A stretch of 64,000 nt of DNA from assembly GCF_006345805.1 (NCBI RefSeq), contig NC_043003.1:43276001-43340000 (forward strand), in the 5' to 3' direction. Position numbers and translations under genes: made by a program. Below the pieces are notes generated by a model. It ran no database searches. It was not told where the DNA came from and saw only the letters and a list, made by a program, of their open reading frames with translations. Below, in pieces: positions 1 to 11,745 of the stretch (the first letter of the stretch is position 1; each line of letters starts with the position of its first letter). The DNA is from Octopus sinensis (Eukaryota).

Positions 1-174
1 TTTAGTAATTGTATTTGCCAGTCTGTTCTTTAATCTGTGAACAATATCACGCACTCCCTGGTCATGGATATTTAGTTTAAATACTAGTTATTATATGTGA
101 ATATAATATTTCAACTACTAAATATTCCTGATACATAGTGTTCTGCATTTTTATATAGAAAAATATTTTTTGTA

Positions 175-560
175 CTACAGGCACAAGGCCCGAAATTTTG
201 GGAGAGAGGGCCAATCGATTAGATCGACCCCAGTACGCAACTGGTACTTAATTTAATCGACCCTGGAAGGATGAAAGGCAAAGGCGATCTCTGTGGAATT
301 TGAACTCAGATCGTAAAGACATACGAAATCCATTTTTCTTTACTGCCAAGAAGGGCCTAAATACAGAGGGGACAAACAAACGTATTAAGTCGATTACATC
401 GATCCCACTGCGTAACTGGTACTTAATTTATCGACCCCGAAAGGATGAAAAGCAAAGTTGACCTCGGCGGAATTTGAACTCTGAACGTAACGGTAGACGA
501 AATACGGCTACGTATTTCACCCGGCCGGCGTGCTTACGTTTCTGCCAGCTCGCCGTCTTA
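175..560 (-). mobile_element. tRNA-derived SINE family A, dimeric arrangement (full monomer 331-560 followed by 5'-truncated monomer 175-330)
   Basis: Minus strand reads ggcgagctggcagaaacg...agagttcaaattccgccgaggtcaac...cctttcggggtcgataaattaagtacc. It has a B-box-like GTTCAAATTCC and matches more than 8 other copies in the window. Confidence 0.85.
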
Positions 561-574
561 AATTCATTGACAAA

Positions 575-792
575 TATTCTTTTCTACTCTGGGAACAAGG
601 CCCTAAATTTGGGATGAAGGGGTAAATCGATTAGATCGACCTCAGTACGCAACTGGTACTTAATTTATCGACCCCGAAAGGATGAAAGGCAAAGTCGACC
701 TCGGCGGAATTTGAATTCAGAAAGTAAAGACAGTCGAAATATTACTAAGCATGTCGCCTGGCGTGCTAACGTTTCGACCAGCTCGCCGCCTT
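575..792 (-). mobile_element. tRNA-derived SINE family A
   Basis: Same body (gaaaggatgaaaggcaaagtcgacctcggcggaatttgaa on +) and same head as the adjacent copies. Confidence 0.85.
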
Positions 793-1464
793 ACCAAGAG
801 AAAAATGTTGCGATCAGAATTTATATCAAGACTTCACTTGACATATTCTTCAAACTCCCTTATGAACGATGAAATGAAGTAAACGTAATGTGCAATGTAT
901 ATCAATCTATTATATTTCTGCATGTATTGAAATCAGTGTAGTGATGTTTATAAATTTGGGGAGAACATTGGCAACGTAAATTCGATAACACGCAAATAGC
1001 CATGCTGCCATCATTGTAAGGAAGCGAAACATTTGTTGATAAATAGTAAATAGGTTCTGCAAAAATTCAATCTATCTTTAAATCATGCTTTGAAACAATA
1101 CACTTGGAGATTGCAATAAGATAACCTCAAATACCCAGAAAACGCTTAAATCTTTCATATCCACAGAGTTCCTACGTAAGTTCATATACCTTTAAGTAAT
1201 ATAACGTCAATTACATTTTTAAATTTCTATTTTTTATTCTCTATAACCATCATAAATTTATAATTGTTGTACAAATACTTCTATAACGAAAGTTAACGAA
1301 ATACAACATACATTGCTAACGTGAGAAACATATAATAAATCACGATATCAGACATACACTAGCCACAATTTTTAATATTAAAAAATGTTGTTGAATACTA
1401 CATGATCGATGAGAATACCTGTATAAGTTTCAACCTTCATACACTTTCTAAAAATCTATATATA

Positions 1465-1511
<47 letters not shown>

Positions 1512-1549
1512 TAGATATATGCAAAAATGTATATGTCTGTATGTATATA

Positions 1550-1952
1550 ATAGGCGCAGGAGTGGCTGTGTGGTAAGTAGCTCACTTGCCAACCACATGG
1601 TTCCGGGTTCAGTCCCACTGTGTGGCACCTTGGGCAAGTGTCTTCTTTTATAGCCTCGGGTCGACCAAAGCTTTGTGAGTGGATTTGGTAGACGGAAACT
1701 GAAAGAAGCCCGTCGTATATATGTATATATATATGTGTGTGTGTGTGTTTGTGTGTCTGTGTTTGTCCCTCCAACATCGCTCGACAACCGATGCTGGTGT
1801 GTTTACGTCGCCGTAACTTAGCGGTTCGGCAAAAAGAGACCGATAGAATAAGTACTGGGCTTACAAATAATAAGTCCCGGGGTCGACTTGCTCGATTAAA
1901 GGCGGTGCTCCAGCATGGCCGCAGTCAAATGACTGAAACAAATAAAAGAGTA
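1550..1952 (+). mobile_element. tRNA-derived SINE family B, full length, internal TA/GT microsatellite
   Basis: Head aggcgcaggagtggctgtgtggtaag...ccgggttcagtccc (A/B-box-like) and tail catggccgcagtcaaatgactgaaac. Nearly identical to 16473-16885. Confidence 0.9.
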
Positions 1953-2046
1953 AAGGGTATATATGTAAATATGTATATGTCTATGTATATAATATGTATT
2001 TGTATAAATATATGTGTGTGTTTATATATAATATACGTACATGTGT

Positions 2047-2082
<36 letters not shown>

Positions 2083-3589
2083 CATACATACATACATATA
2101 TATGTACGAGTAATCTCATATCTATATGCAGATAAGACAATTAATTCGATTTTCATCTATTAGCTTGCACTCAATGTGCCCACCGTTCCGCTATAATCTC
2201 TATAGTGAATCTGACGTAAATAAGATTACATTGGTTTCAAAACAAATCACGTATAATACCCATCAGATTATAAGATATATACCAATACCGGAAGTAGACT
2301 ATATATATATATATATATATATATAAACAAATACAACATACGCCACTGTAAAAGATGAGTAAGAATATTTTAATACGAAAATCAAGGCAGGTTGCATGCA
2401 CTTGCCCAAATGACATACGTACTGCTGTTGCCAACAAGAAAAGAATCAAAATAAACAAATACACTAATACAATAGCTCAACATTTGGCATATACATTGAT
2501 ATGAGAAGGCAAAATCAGTTGAAAACCTTGAGCGTTTGGAGATTTTTGCCCTTTGAAAAAGTCACTGCTTTAACGTCATATTTAGGAACAGAAATGTATG
2601 GAAAACAATCTGCAGGTGTCTGTATAGGATATTTCGGTATTATGCTATCGGAATACAAGAATATTGGTTTCAGCGCATGATTTTAGTTCAGAATATTTGA
2701 AATACAAATGTCAATACACGCGCAAGCATGTGTGTATATGTGTATGTGTGTGTTTGTGTGTGTGTGGTGTGCGTACGCTGCTGCGTGCAAGTGATAGAAA
2801 ATATGAACAACACAGAGAATAATAGCATTTGCAATGCCAACGTAGGATTACAACAGGTTTTGATGCTGTGTAGCAGTGATGACTAACTTGGCTAACAAAA
2901 GCAGATTTTGTTTTAAACCTTTTGTGCTGTAAGGAAAGCCTAATTTTGTCAAGGATAGCAATACCGGAGATTAGGTTGCGTACAGGTTCAAAAGGCATTT
3001 TCAATACACCAGTACAAAGGAAAACTTCTCGGCATAAAGGACAGCAATAATTGGTTTGGGCTGTTGGAGAAGTCTACGGATATGCGACATTTAAGGAATC
3101 ATATGTTCAGCATTTGTTAGATTGTTAATATAAACAGGGAAATATATATATATGTGTGTGTGTGTTTACCTATGGAATTTGTTCAACAGGGAATTTCATC
3201 GACGGGCTGTTTTCAGGCAATAGGTTTCAGCACTTAAGGGGCATCTCATATTTTGGCAAACCACAGGATATCACTCATAGATATAAGCTGTCATTGACAT
3301 CTGTTCAATATACCATTTCAGTAATACACTATGCTGATATCCAGCGATTGCTATGTATGTTAATACACACACACACACACACACGCACAAACACACACAC
3401 ACACATACACACACACACAAACACACACACACACACTCATACACATACGCACACACATAAATGTGCGTGTGTGTGCGTTTATACCATCATAAAGATATAT
3501 GTATGGAATGAAAATGAGATAGAGGTACATAGATAAATAGATACATACATCGATAAACAAGCAGCAGCCCAACAGACGGATGGATAAAT

Positions 3590-3613
3590 AGATAGAGAAA
3601 TAGATAGACAGAC

Positions 3614-3704
<91 letters not shown>

Positions 3705-3740
3705 GGATAGATAGATAGATAGACAGATAGATAAATAGAC

Positions 3741-3774
<34 letters not shown>

Positions 3775-3808
3775 GTAGATATGTAGATAGATAGATAGAT
3801 AGATAGAT
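3590..3808. repeat. (GATA)n/(TA)n microsatellite at the 3' end of the Tx1-like element
   Basis: Long tagatagata run seen directly. Confidence 0.95.
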
Positions 3809-5135
3809 ATGTTTCTTTATTAGCCACACAGGGCTGCACACAGATAGAACAAATTACAAGGTAGAGCTTTTCTTTTGAAGGTTTAAAAAAAAAAGAATAT
3901 TAAATAAAAAATAAAATAAAATAAAAAGGGGGGGTCGATCAAAAGGGATCGTAAAAGGAGAAAAGAGGACAAAAAAGGGGGGGGTGGTAAAAAAAAAGGG
4001 GGAGAGAAAAAAATTGATCAATAGGGATCGTTATCACAGAAATGTCCAATATGAAGTGTAAAAGGGGAGACAGGTGAGGTTTTACCCGTGGAAAGAAAAG
4101 CCTACGGAAAAGACCACAGTAACCTCGGTCAATGAAGTCACATGTTATATTTCTTTTTTTTTTTTTTTCTTTGCAAATAAGCAACTCTCTGTATTAATTT
4201 TTACGGTTCATAGAATCATAGTCAAGGTGGCTTCGTCATTCATACGTGCCATCCTTGCTACATTCACCCATCTTTTTTTAAAACATTCACTAGACAAAAC
4301 TTGCCTCTCTACTCTCACTTTTTCTTCAAGTGATACTTGAAGAAGTTGATGAGAGATTGACCAGAGAGGAAAGTGTTTGTCTCTAATCCTTTCAGACGCG
4401 TCCACCAGATACATTCTTTCGCCATAGCCACAAGTATGATAAAAATAGCTCTTCCTTCCCGTTTGAAGGAAGGAGGCGTGACGATATTAACGATAGACTC
4501 GGCTGATAAACCGACACGTCCCACACGTGACAGCAGTCGTTCGACATAAGCCCACAGGTGGGAAATTGCTGGACACTGCACGATTGCGTGCAGAGCGGTT
4601 TCGTCGCTCTGCCCGCATCTCGGGCAGGTCGGCCCCGTGTTTCTCGAGCCATGCCTATAGAGCTTATCCCGAACGGGTAGCGCTTCTCGGTAGCACCGCC
4701 AGGCCAGGATCTCTGGAAGTTGTCCATAGGTCCCGGGCCGAAAGTCGTTTGAAACAGGCGGGTCAGGTATTCCTCGTCGACGCCCAGGTTTGCCCCGAGC
4801 TCGTCGTCATACCTCCCCTCCACTAATCCCCTATAGAATGCTTTGGTTGTGTTGAAGTCACTCAAGGTCGACCCGGGACGGCAGAGTTGCTTGAGAGCAA
4901 CGCGACACTCGCGGTGCCATTCGCCCTTCTTCGGCCTCTTTTTGATCCACGACTGTAGTTCGGTCATGGAGACGAGTTGCGGGAATGCGTGCCTCACAAA
5001 CGGCGACCACACCTGTTCACCGTCGTCTACATAGAGCCGGAGATGTCGCAGTCTCAGCGCGTGTCTGCGCATCATCAACCACGGCATGCCCAGCCCTCCT
5101 TTTAACGGGTGTTGACAGCATGTAAACTGAAGAGA
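3809..5135 (-). mobile_element. 5'-truncated Tx1/L1-clade non-LTR retrotransposon: ORF2 C-terminus (zf-RVT) plus 3' UTR
   Basis: Stitched minus-strand frames read KGGLGMP...NFQRS(fs)LAWRCYREALPVRDKLYRHG..TCPRCGQSDETALHAIVQCPAISHLW...KKK(fs)VRVERQ...TMIL* (stop ~4208). CxxC..ET..H..vqC is the L1/Tx1 zinc-binding motif. AATAAA lies just before the (ATCT)n tail. GC content is well above the flanks. Confidence 0.85.
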
Positions 5136-5249
5136 TGAAAGTAGAAAATAATAACAACAATTCATCAGCAGATAACATACACAGCGAGGACAGATAAATA
5201 AATGGTAGCATTGAAGACGTTGTGCAAAGTGTACATAGAAATGCACTCT

Positions 5250-5765
5250 CAGCAAATGCAGCAGTAGTAATGGAAAGAGCTATATCAGAAGAATACGATG
5301 ATGATCAACAAGACATAATGAAGATGATATGCCGATGTATTAGAAAAAGCCAGGACCGAGTGACCAACAATCTGAGTCCCATTCATCGATACAAGCTCAA
5401 AGTTGAAACCGTAAGGATAGAATCTGTCCTTGGACTATTCCAGATGGGAAATATAACTGGCATTAACAAGATTATTTGGTCTGCAACTATGGTTTCTGAA
5501 AGGTAGAGTTCGATACACAAGAAGAGAACAAACAGATCATAAAGAACCACACTGGCGCAGACGAATTGGTGAGAAACAAACATAAATAATTAGGCATTTA
5601 GGACAAGTTAATAAACCGCGAAGTGGGGAATTGCAGAATGAAAACACAAGAATAACTAGAAAGAACATATAGATTAAGAGATAAAAGGTATCATGTGCTC
5701 TTTGTATAATCGAAACAAAGTGTAGTAGCAATCAAAGCAAAGTGGCAAAGATATGACAATAGAAA
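5250..5765 (+). mobile_element. Degenerate R4/Dong-like retrotransposon fragment, region upstream of the RT
   Basis: Broken frames read LKVETVRIESVL..GNITGINKIIWSATMVSER / KEPHWRRRI / VVAIKAKWQRY, resembling the pre-RT region of R4/Dong-type ORFs (recalled similarity). Contains stops and frameshifts. Confidence 0.5.
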
Positions 5766-5779
5766 AAAAGAATTCAGGC

Positions 5780-6145
5780 AAATAAGTCCTGGGGTTATTT
5801 TGTTCGAATAAAGGCGATGCATCAGCGTGGCCGCAATCAAATGACTGAACATTGTATTATTTTATTCTTTTATTTGTTTCAGACATTTCACTGCGGCTAC
5901 GACAGAGCACCGCCTTAAGTCGAGCAAACCGACCCCACGACTAGTTGTTTGTAAACCTAGTATTTATGCAATCGGTCTCTGTTTGCCGAAGTTACGGGGA
6001 CGTAAACACACCAGCAGCGGTTGTCAAATGATGTTGGCGGGACAAATATTTATATGACGGGCTTGTTTCAGGTTCCGTCTACCAAATGCACTCACATGGC
6101 GTTGGTCGGCCCGTCACTATAGTAGAAGTCACCTGTCCAAGGTGG
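5780..6145 (-). mobile_element. SINE family B fragments (+ tail at 5780-5850 and a minus-strand copy at 5860-6145)
   Basis: gtggccgcaatcaaatgactgaac on +, then the reverse complement of the family B body and tail. Confidence 0.75.
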
Positions 6146-6241
6146 CATATATAATATATATATATACACATACGCACACATAGACAAACATATACATATA
6201 TACTTCTAAGTATGTATGAGTGTGTGCCTATGTATTTTTTG

Positions 6242-6312
<71 letters not shown>

Positions 6313-6340
6313 GATATATATATATATTATAGATATATAT

Positions 6341-7875
6341 ACTTTGATACTTTGATAGGTTTCGGCCATTATTGGCCCAGGCCATGTCTAACTTAATAGC
6401 ACCACCTGGTGAAGTCTTTCAAATCAGAATTTGGGCACTATGGCCCACTCAAGTAGAGAGTTATTGTTTTTACAGAGACATATCCGGTGTAGGGGGTTTA
6501 TCCGGGATTTCTTGAAGGAATCTGTCCAAGACTTCTTGAACCCTATAGGGTCAGTTTCTGTTTTAATGTGTTTTGGTGTAATGTTAAAGAGAGCGGGGCC
6601 AATTGAGGTGAAATAATTGTGCCGTATTGTTGTTATGAGATGAGAGTGCGATTTTTGTTTTGGGCGGATGGCACGGGGCCCAAGCCTTGGATGTACCTTA
6701 AAGGTGATGCCAACATCATTTGGGCAATGCTGATGGAATATTTTCCACATCATGCAGATGATGTAGCGCGCTCACGACGACGTTGGAGAGAATAGAGTTT
6801 TAGCTTTTCTAGTCGACCCCAATAGTCGAGGCCTGTCATGCCATCTATCTTTTTTGTGATTGCCCTTTGAGGTGCTTCACTTTTATGATACCTTGTATTG
6901 TGTGGGAGACCACAGTGGACAACAGTATTCAAGGTGGGGTCGGGCAAAAGTGGAGAAGAGAAGAATAATGGTGTGGATATCTCTCGACTGAAAGTTCTGA
7001 GAATCCAGGAACACATTCTGCGGGCCATGTCAACTTTGGTGTTTTATGAGTGGCCCAGCTTATGTTGTTGTCCAAATTACTCCCAAGTCTCTGATGTTGT
7101 TGGACGCCGCGAGAGTTTCACCTGAAGGAAGGGAGTATGGGAGTTTCAGGGCATCCTCTTTTCCAAAGTGGATTAACTCAAATTTGTCCTCGTTCAGCAG
7201 CATATATGTTTTTTTCTGCCCATTGGATAACAGCCAGTAGATCTGACTGAGGCATGTCCGGTCACTCGCCTCATTTATGACCTTCATTAGCTTGGAGTCA
7301 TCTGCAAAGATTTTTTTTTTGTTGCTGTGCTGATGATGTCATTAATGTCATTAATGTAAATGATGAAAAGAAGTGGGCCCACACAGTGTCTTGCGGAACG
7401 CCACTACTGACTTTGGCTGGGCTTGATTTTACCCCTTCAACTACAACATGTTGAGATCTGTCTGTCAGGAAACACTTGATCCATTTCAGTAACTTTCCAG
7501 AGACACCAATGTTGGATAGTTTTTTCAATAGGATCTTGTGATCGACCCTGTCGAAGGCCTTACTGAAATCAAGGTAGATGACATCGGTGTTGGAGCCCTT
7601 TCCCAAAGCTCTCAAAATGTCCTCAAAGTGATGCAGGAGCTGCGTTAGGCAGTCCCTTCCATACGGAACCCATGTTGGTTGGAGATCAGCCGTCTGTTGC
7701 TTTCCAGAAATTGGGTTATTCGAGATCTCACCACCCTCTCAAATACCTTGATGATATGAGAGTGAGTGAGATCGGACGGTAGTTCACTGCAAGGGACTTG
7801 TTCCCTTTTTGAAAACTGGGACAACAGACTGGGACAGGAGGTTTTTTGGATAGTAGCAGCATCCAGTGAGTTTCT
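6341..7875 (-). mobile_element. 5'-truncated CR1-group (CR1/Crack/L2-like) LINE, RT and C-terminus
   Basis: Frames read NYRPISLT..HIIKVFERVV...QHGFR; VIYLDFSKAFDRVDH; SGVPQ(G)TVLGPLLFIIYINDI; IFADDSKL; KLYSLQRRRERY. The 3' end has a tandem (ATCAAAGT)2 tail. Disrupted mainly by 1-nt indels. Confidence 0.9.
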
Positions 7876-7881
7876 CCACAG

Positions 7882-7987
<106 letters not shown>

Positions 7988-8843
7988 TCGGAAGCATAAA
8001 ATATCAGTGTTGAATGCAAAAATATTTCAGGTCTACATGAAATACAATGTACATAATCAAATCCGTCTATATAATGTAGGAAAATAAACTTATTAAACAT
8101 TTTACTATGCGTACATGTAAACATATGCACATACTAGCAAATATCCGTACTCCTATGTGTGCATACCTATATATATACATATTATATATACATATATGTA
8201 TATATATAAATATATGTATATATATATATATATAATATATATATAATATATATTATATATATATATATATATATATGTACATTGTTATCTGTCTATCTTC
8301 TAGTTTAGACATACATAACCTCACGCTCATTGTGTTCAACGATTTGTTGATGACCTGTACCCATATATGCATGTATATATACATATATATGTAGGTATGC
8401 ACTTTATGTATTTATATGCATATATTTATATATTATTTATATTATATATATATATATAATATATATATATATAAAGAGAGACAGAGAGATGTATAAAGGA
8501 AGAAGAGAAGGACGGAAGGAAAAAAAATGGAAGAAGGAACTGAGAAAGCTAGAGAGATACGTAAAATGAAAAATTATGGATATACGTCATAGAAATTGAA
8601 GGCAAACTAAAGGTATGTGTACATTCCTATATAACTAACATTAAGATTTAAACAATAATGTTGCATTACAGATTATCATATAGAGGCAAATATAGACACT
8701 CAGATACATAAATACATACATACATACACACATACATACAAACAAACTTATAACTTTATCATACCAGAAACAATATATGAACACGCCTAGTGAAATCTTC
8801 CAGCGACACACAGACAGGCGTATATGTATGTGTATGCATATAT

Positions 8844-8888
<45 letters not shown>

Positions 8889-9474
8889 TATATATACGTA
8901 CATATACTTGTGTGAGTTTGTGTATGTGTGTGTATCTGTGTGTGTGCATAAACAAATTGTCGGCAAATGTTATTTTCAAGATATATTTAAAATGAAACCT
9001 GAATTGAAGTTATTTAAGAGATAGTAATATTCGTGATTTATATAAATTAATTTTTGCCTTGAGATGAAATTTCAATTAAAAATCGAAAATTTACATAAAT
9101 TGGTTACCACTCTCCCTCGTATACCCAAGAAAAAAAGAATAATAAAAATAAATCGAAACATTATCAAAATACCGTATATTTCATTTTATTAAAACTTGGG
9201 AAAAAATTATTGAAATTATTTCGTAAAATACGACTATAATTATAGTATGTGCTAAAGTGATCTTCATACATACATATATACACACACAAACATATATATA
9301 TATATAGAGATAGAGATGGAGAAGAGAGAGGACGAAAGTAAGAAAGATAATTTGCACAATACATTCATACGAATCTATACACCCATACGGACATATATAT
9401 ATATATCCGTGAAGGAGAAAATCACACGGTAATATAAAGTGGTTGGAAACGAAGATGGTTATACAACGTTCGAG

Positions 9475-9524
<50 letters not shown>

Positions 9525-10068
9525 CTATATATATATATATAATATATAGCGGTACACGCACACGTAATATTTGTTCTGAAGCAACATAGTCATAATTTTC
9601 AAACGTTCACGAAAGTAATTTTGCCTGTTTAGTTTTGATTTCATCCTTATGGACCAGCCCTTGCTTAGGCAATTCATTCAGCATTTAATGTCATTTCCTG
9701 TATTATGTCTATGTGTTATGCGCTATCACCTATTTGCTTTACTATCATTTCAATCAACGTGATATCTCTGCTTGGTGCATCCAAAATTTTTGGTGGTTAC
9801 ACTGTTTTGGTTATATCGTTTTGGGAATAGCTTAGCAGTTTTCTTACCGACAAACCTATCTAGATGTCGGTAAAAGGCGGCATGGTCCACAAGCTATGCT
9901 TTATTAAGTGATGTGTAGAATCTTGTAACCTAAAATTGTTAGTGTATCGGTTCCATACGTGAGTGTGAGACCAAGATCTTTAAGATGACGAATGAAATGT
10001 TCTCAGAGATTTTGGAGAATGAGATCCACACACAGTCACATACATGCATATATATGTTGTATGCACGT

Positions 10069-10120
<52 letters not shown>

Positions 10121-10769
10121 ATATATATATTATAGAAGAAATGATGTACTCAGAATTCTGGATGGTTTTATATTTATTAGTATGTTACATGTTTTTATAA
10201 ATCATATATCATAATAGCGCTTTCATCCACCCTAGTGGAGTTGTCGAATTGAACTTTTGCAGGAATTTTGTCTCATTTTATAGTATTATTGAGTGTGTAG
10301 GGTTGGAGAGATATATAAGAGAGTACAAGAGGGTGAGGAATGGGGAGAAAGTGATATATATATATATATCCATATACCGACCATCTATGTTTCGTAATAT
10401 ATCAGATTTTACATCATTTCACATCTATATCTCTATCTATCTACATGTATATATATATACATACGTTACACGCACAAGCACAGACAAACACATATATGTG
10501 TGTGCGTATGTGTGTATGTGTGTATCTATTTATGTATGCAAACACACACACTTATATGCATGTACATGCTAATATTTTGATATATTCCTAGGTTTCACAC
10601 TAATAGATTAAGAACAGTCTTCTAACCAATTTCCAAATTTCCGTCATTGAAATTTGTACACGAACATGATAGTTGTTTATAAGTGTACCTATAGATGCAA
10701 CTATTTCCAGGAATACACGTCCCATTAATTGTTCCACAACTACAATTTATCTTATGAGTAGCTGCGGAC

Positions 10770-10888
10770 TCTTCATCTTAATGTTATCCCTCCAATGGCT
10801 CACTTTTTGTATTATCTTGGCCAGGACATCATGTATAATTGGTAGATAATATTACAATGAACTATATAGCTATGTATATATATATATA

Positions 10889-10930
<42 letters not shown>

Positions 10931-11745
10931 ATATATATATATATATATATATATAGATATATATATATATAGCTATATATATATATATATAAGGCAGCTA
11001 CCACATAGCCATATCATACATGCATCAATGAGTTTTGCTATATGCATCTTAATATAATGAAAGGGAAAACACAATACTTTTAAAAATTTAATCTACATAA
11101 GTCATGACTGCTATAAACTCGCATCGACACTTTCTTCAAGTTTCTCGTTCATATTCCAGTTTTACATACCACTTTGCATTTCAAGATCTTTGACTATATA
11201 ATTGTGTTCATTGTCACGTAGTCTGAATGTTATCCTTCAAACGGATCACATTTTACAGTTTCTTTGCCACGTCATCATGTCTCATGGGTAGATAATAACG
11301 CGATATATATATATATATATATAGGAGGATAAGAAAAATCAACGAAAATGCACATTGTAAAAAAAAAAAAACGAAAAGGCTTTTTATGAAAGGGTTTCAT
11401 AAAAAGCATTTTCTTTTTTTTATTTAAAATGTGCATTTTCGTTGATTTTTCTTACTTTCCCCTTACATTTCTACGTGTGTTTTATATTTTCTTTTTCTAA
11501 CATATTTCTACTATATATATATATATATATATACCACATAGCCAAATCATGCCTACCTACAACAGTGTTTTACTATTTACGTTTTACTCTGGTAAAAATG
11601 AAGGACGTAATATTTTTTTATAATTAATGTGCATAAGTCATGACCGTTGTAGACTTGCACTAACTCATTCATAAAGTTTCTGTATTATATTCCAGTTTTA
11701 CATACTACGTTATGTTTCAAGATATTATAGTCTTCATTGTCACTA
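10770..11745. repeat. Old tandem duplication, about 2.5 copies of a 500-600 bp unit separated by (TA)n
   Basis: Recurring blocks in the same order: ccacatagcca.atcat / cataagtcatgac / tattccagttttacatac / ttcattgtcac / catcatgt..ggtagataata. Confidence 0.7.
11330..11454. repeat. Near-perfect ~125-bp palindrome (fold-back)
   Basis: taagaaaaatcaacgaaaatgcacatt...gctttttatgaaa-ggg-tttcataaaaagc...aatgtgcattttcgttgatttttctta. Confidence 0.9.

Noticed and set aside
4392-5255. 287-aa ORF as a host or viral gene
   Set aside because: The middle part is Tx1/L1 ORF2. A 1-nt frameshift near 4707 restores the zf-RVT motif in another frame, and the N-terminal part is flanking DNA.
5222-5506. 94-aa ORF as a host protein
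   Set aside because: It continues through stops and frameshifts into R4/Dong-like motifs (KEPHWRRRI, VVAIKAKWQRY).
9844-9873. 9-bp hairpin ttaccgaca...tgtcggtaa
   Set aside because: Short enough to arise by chance, with no supporting context.
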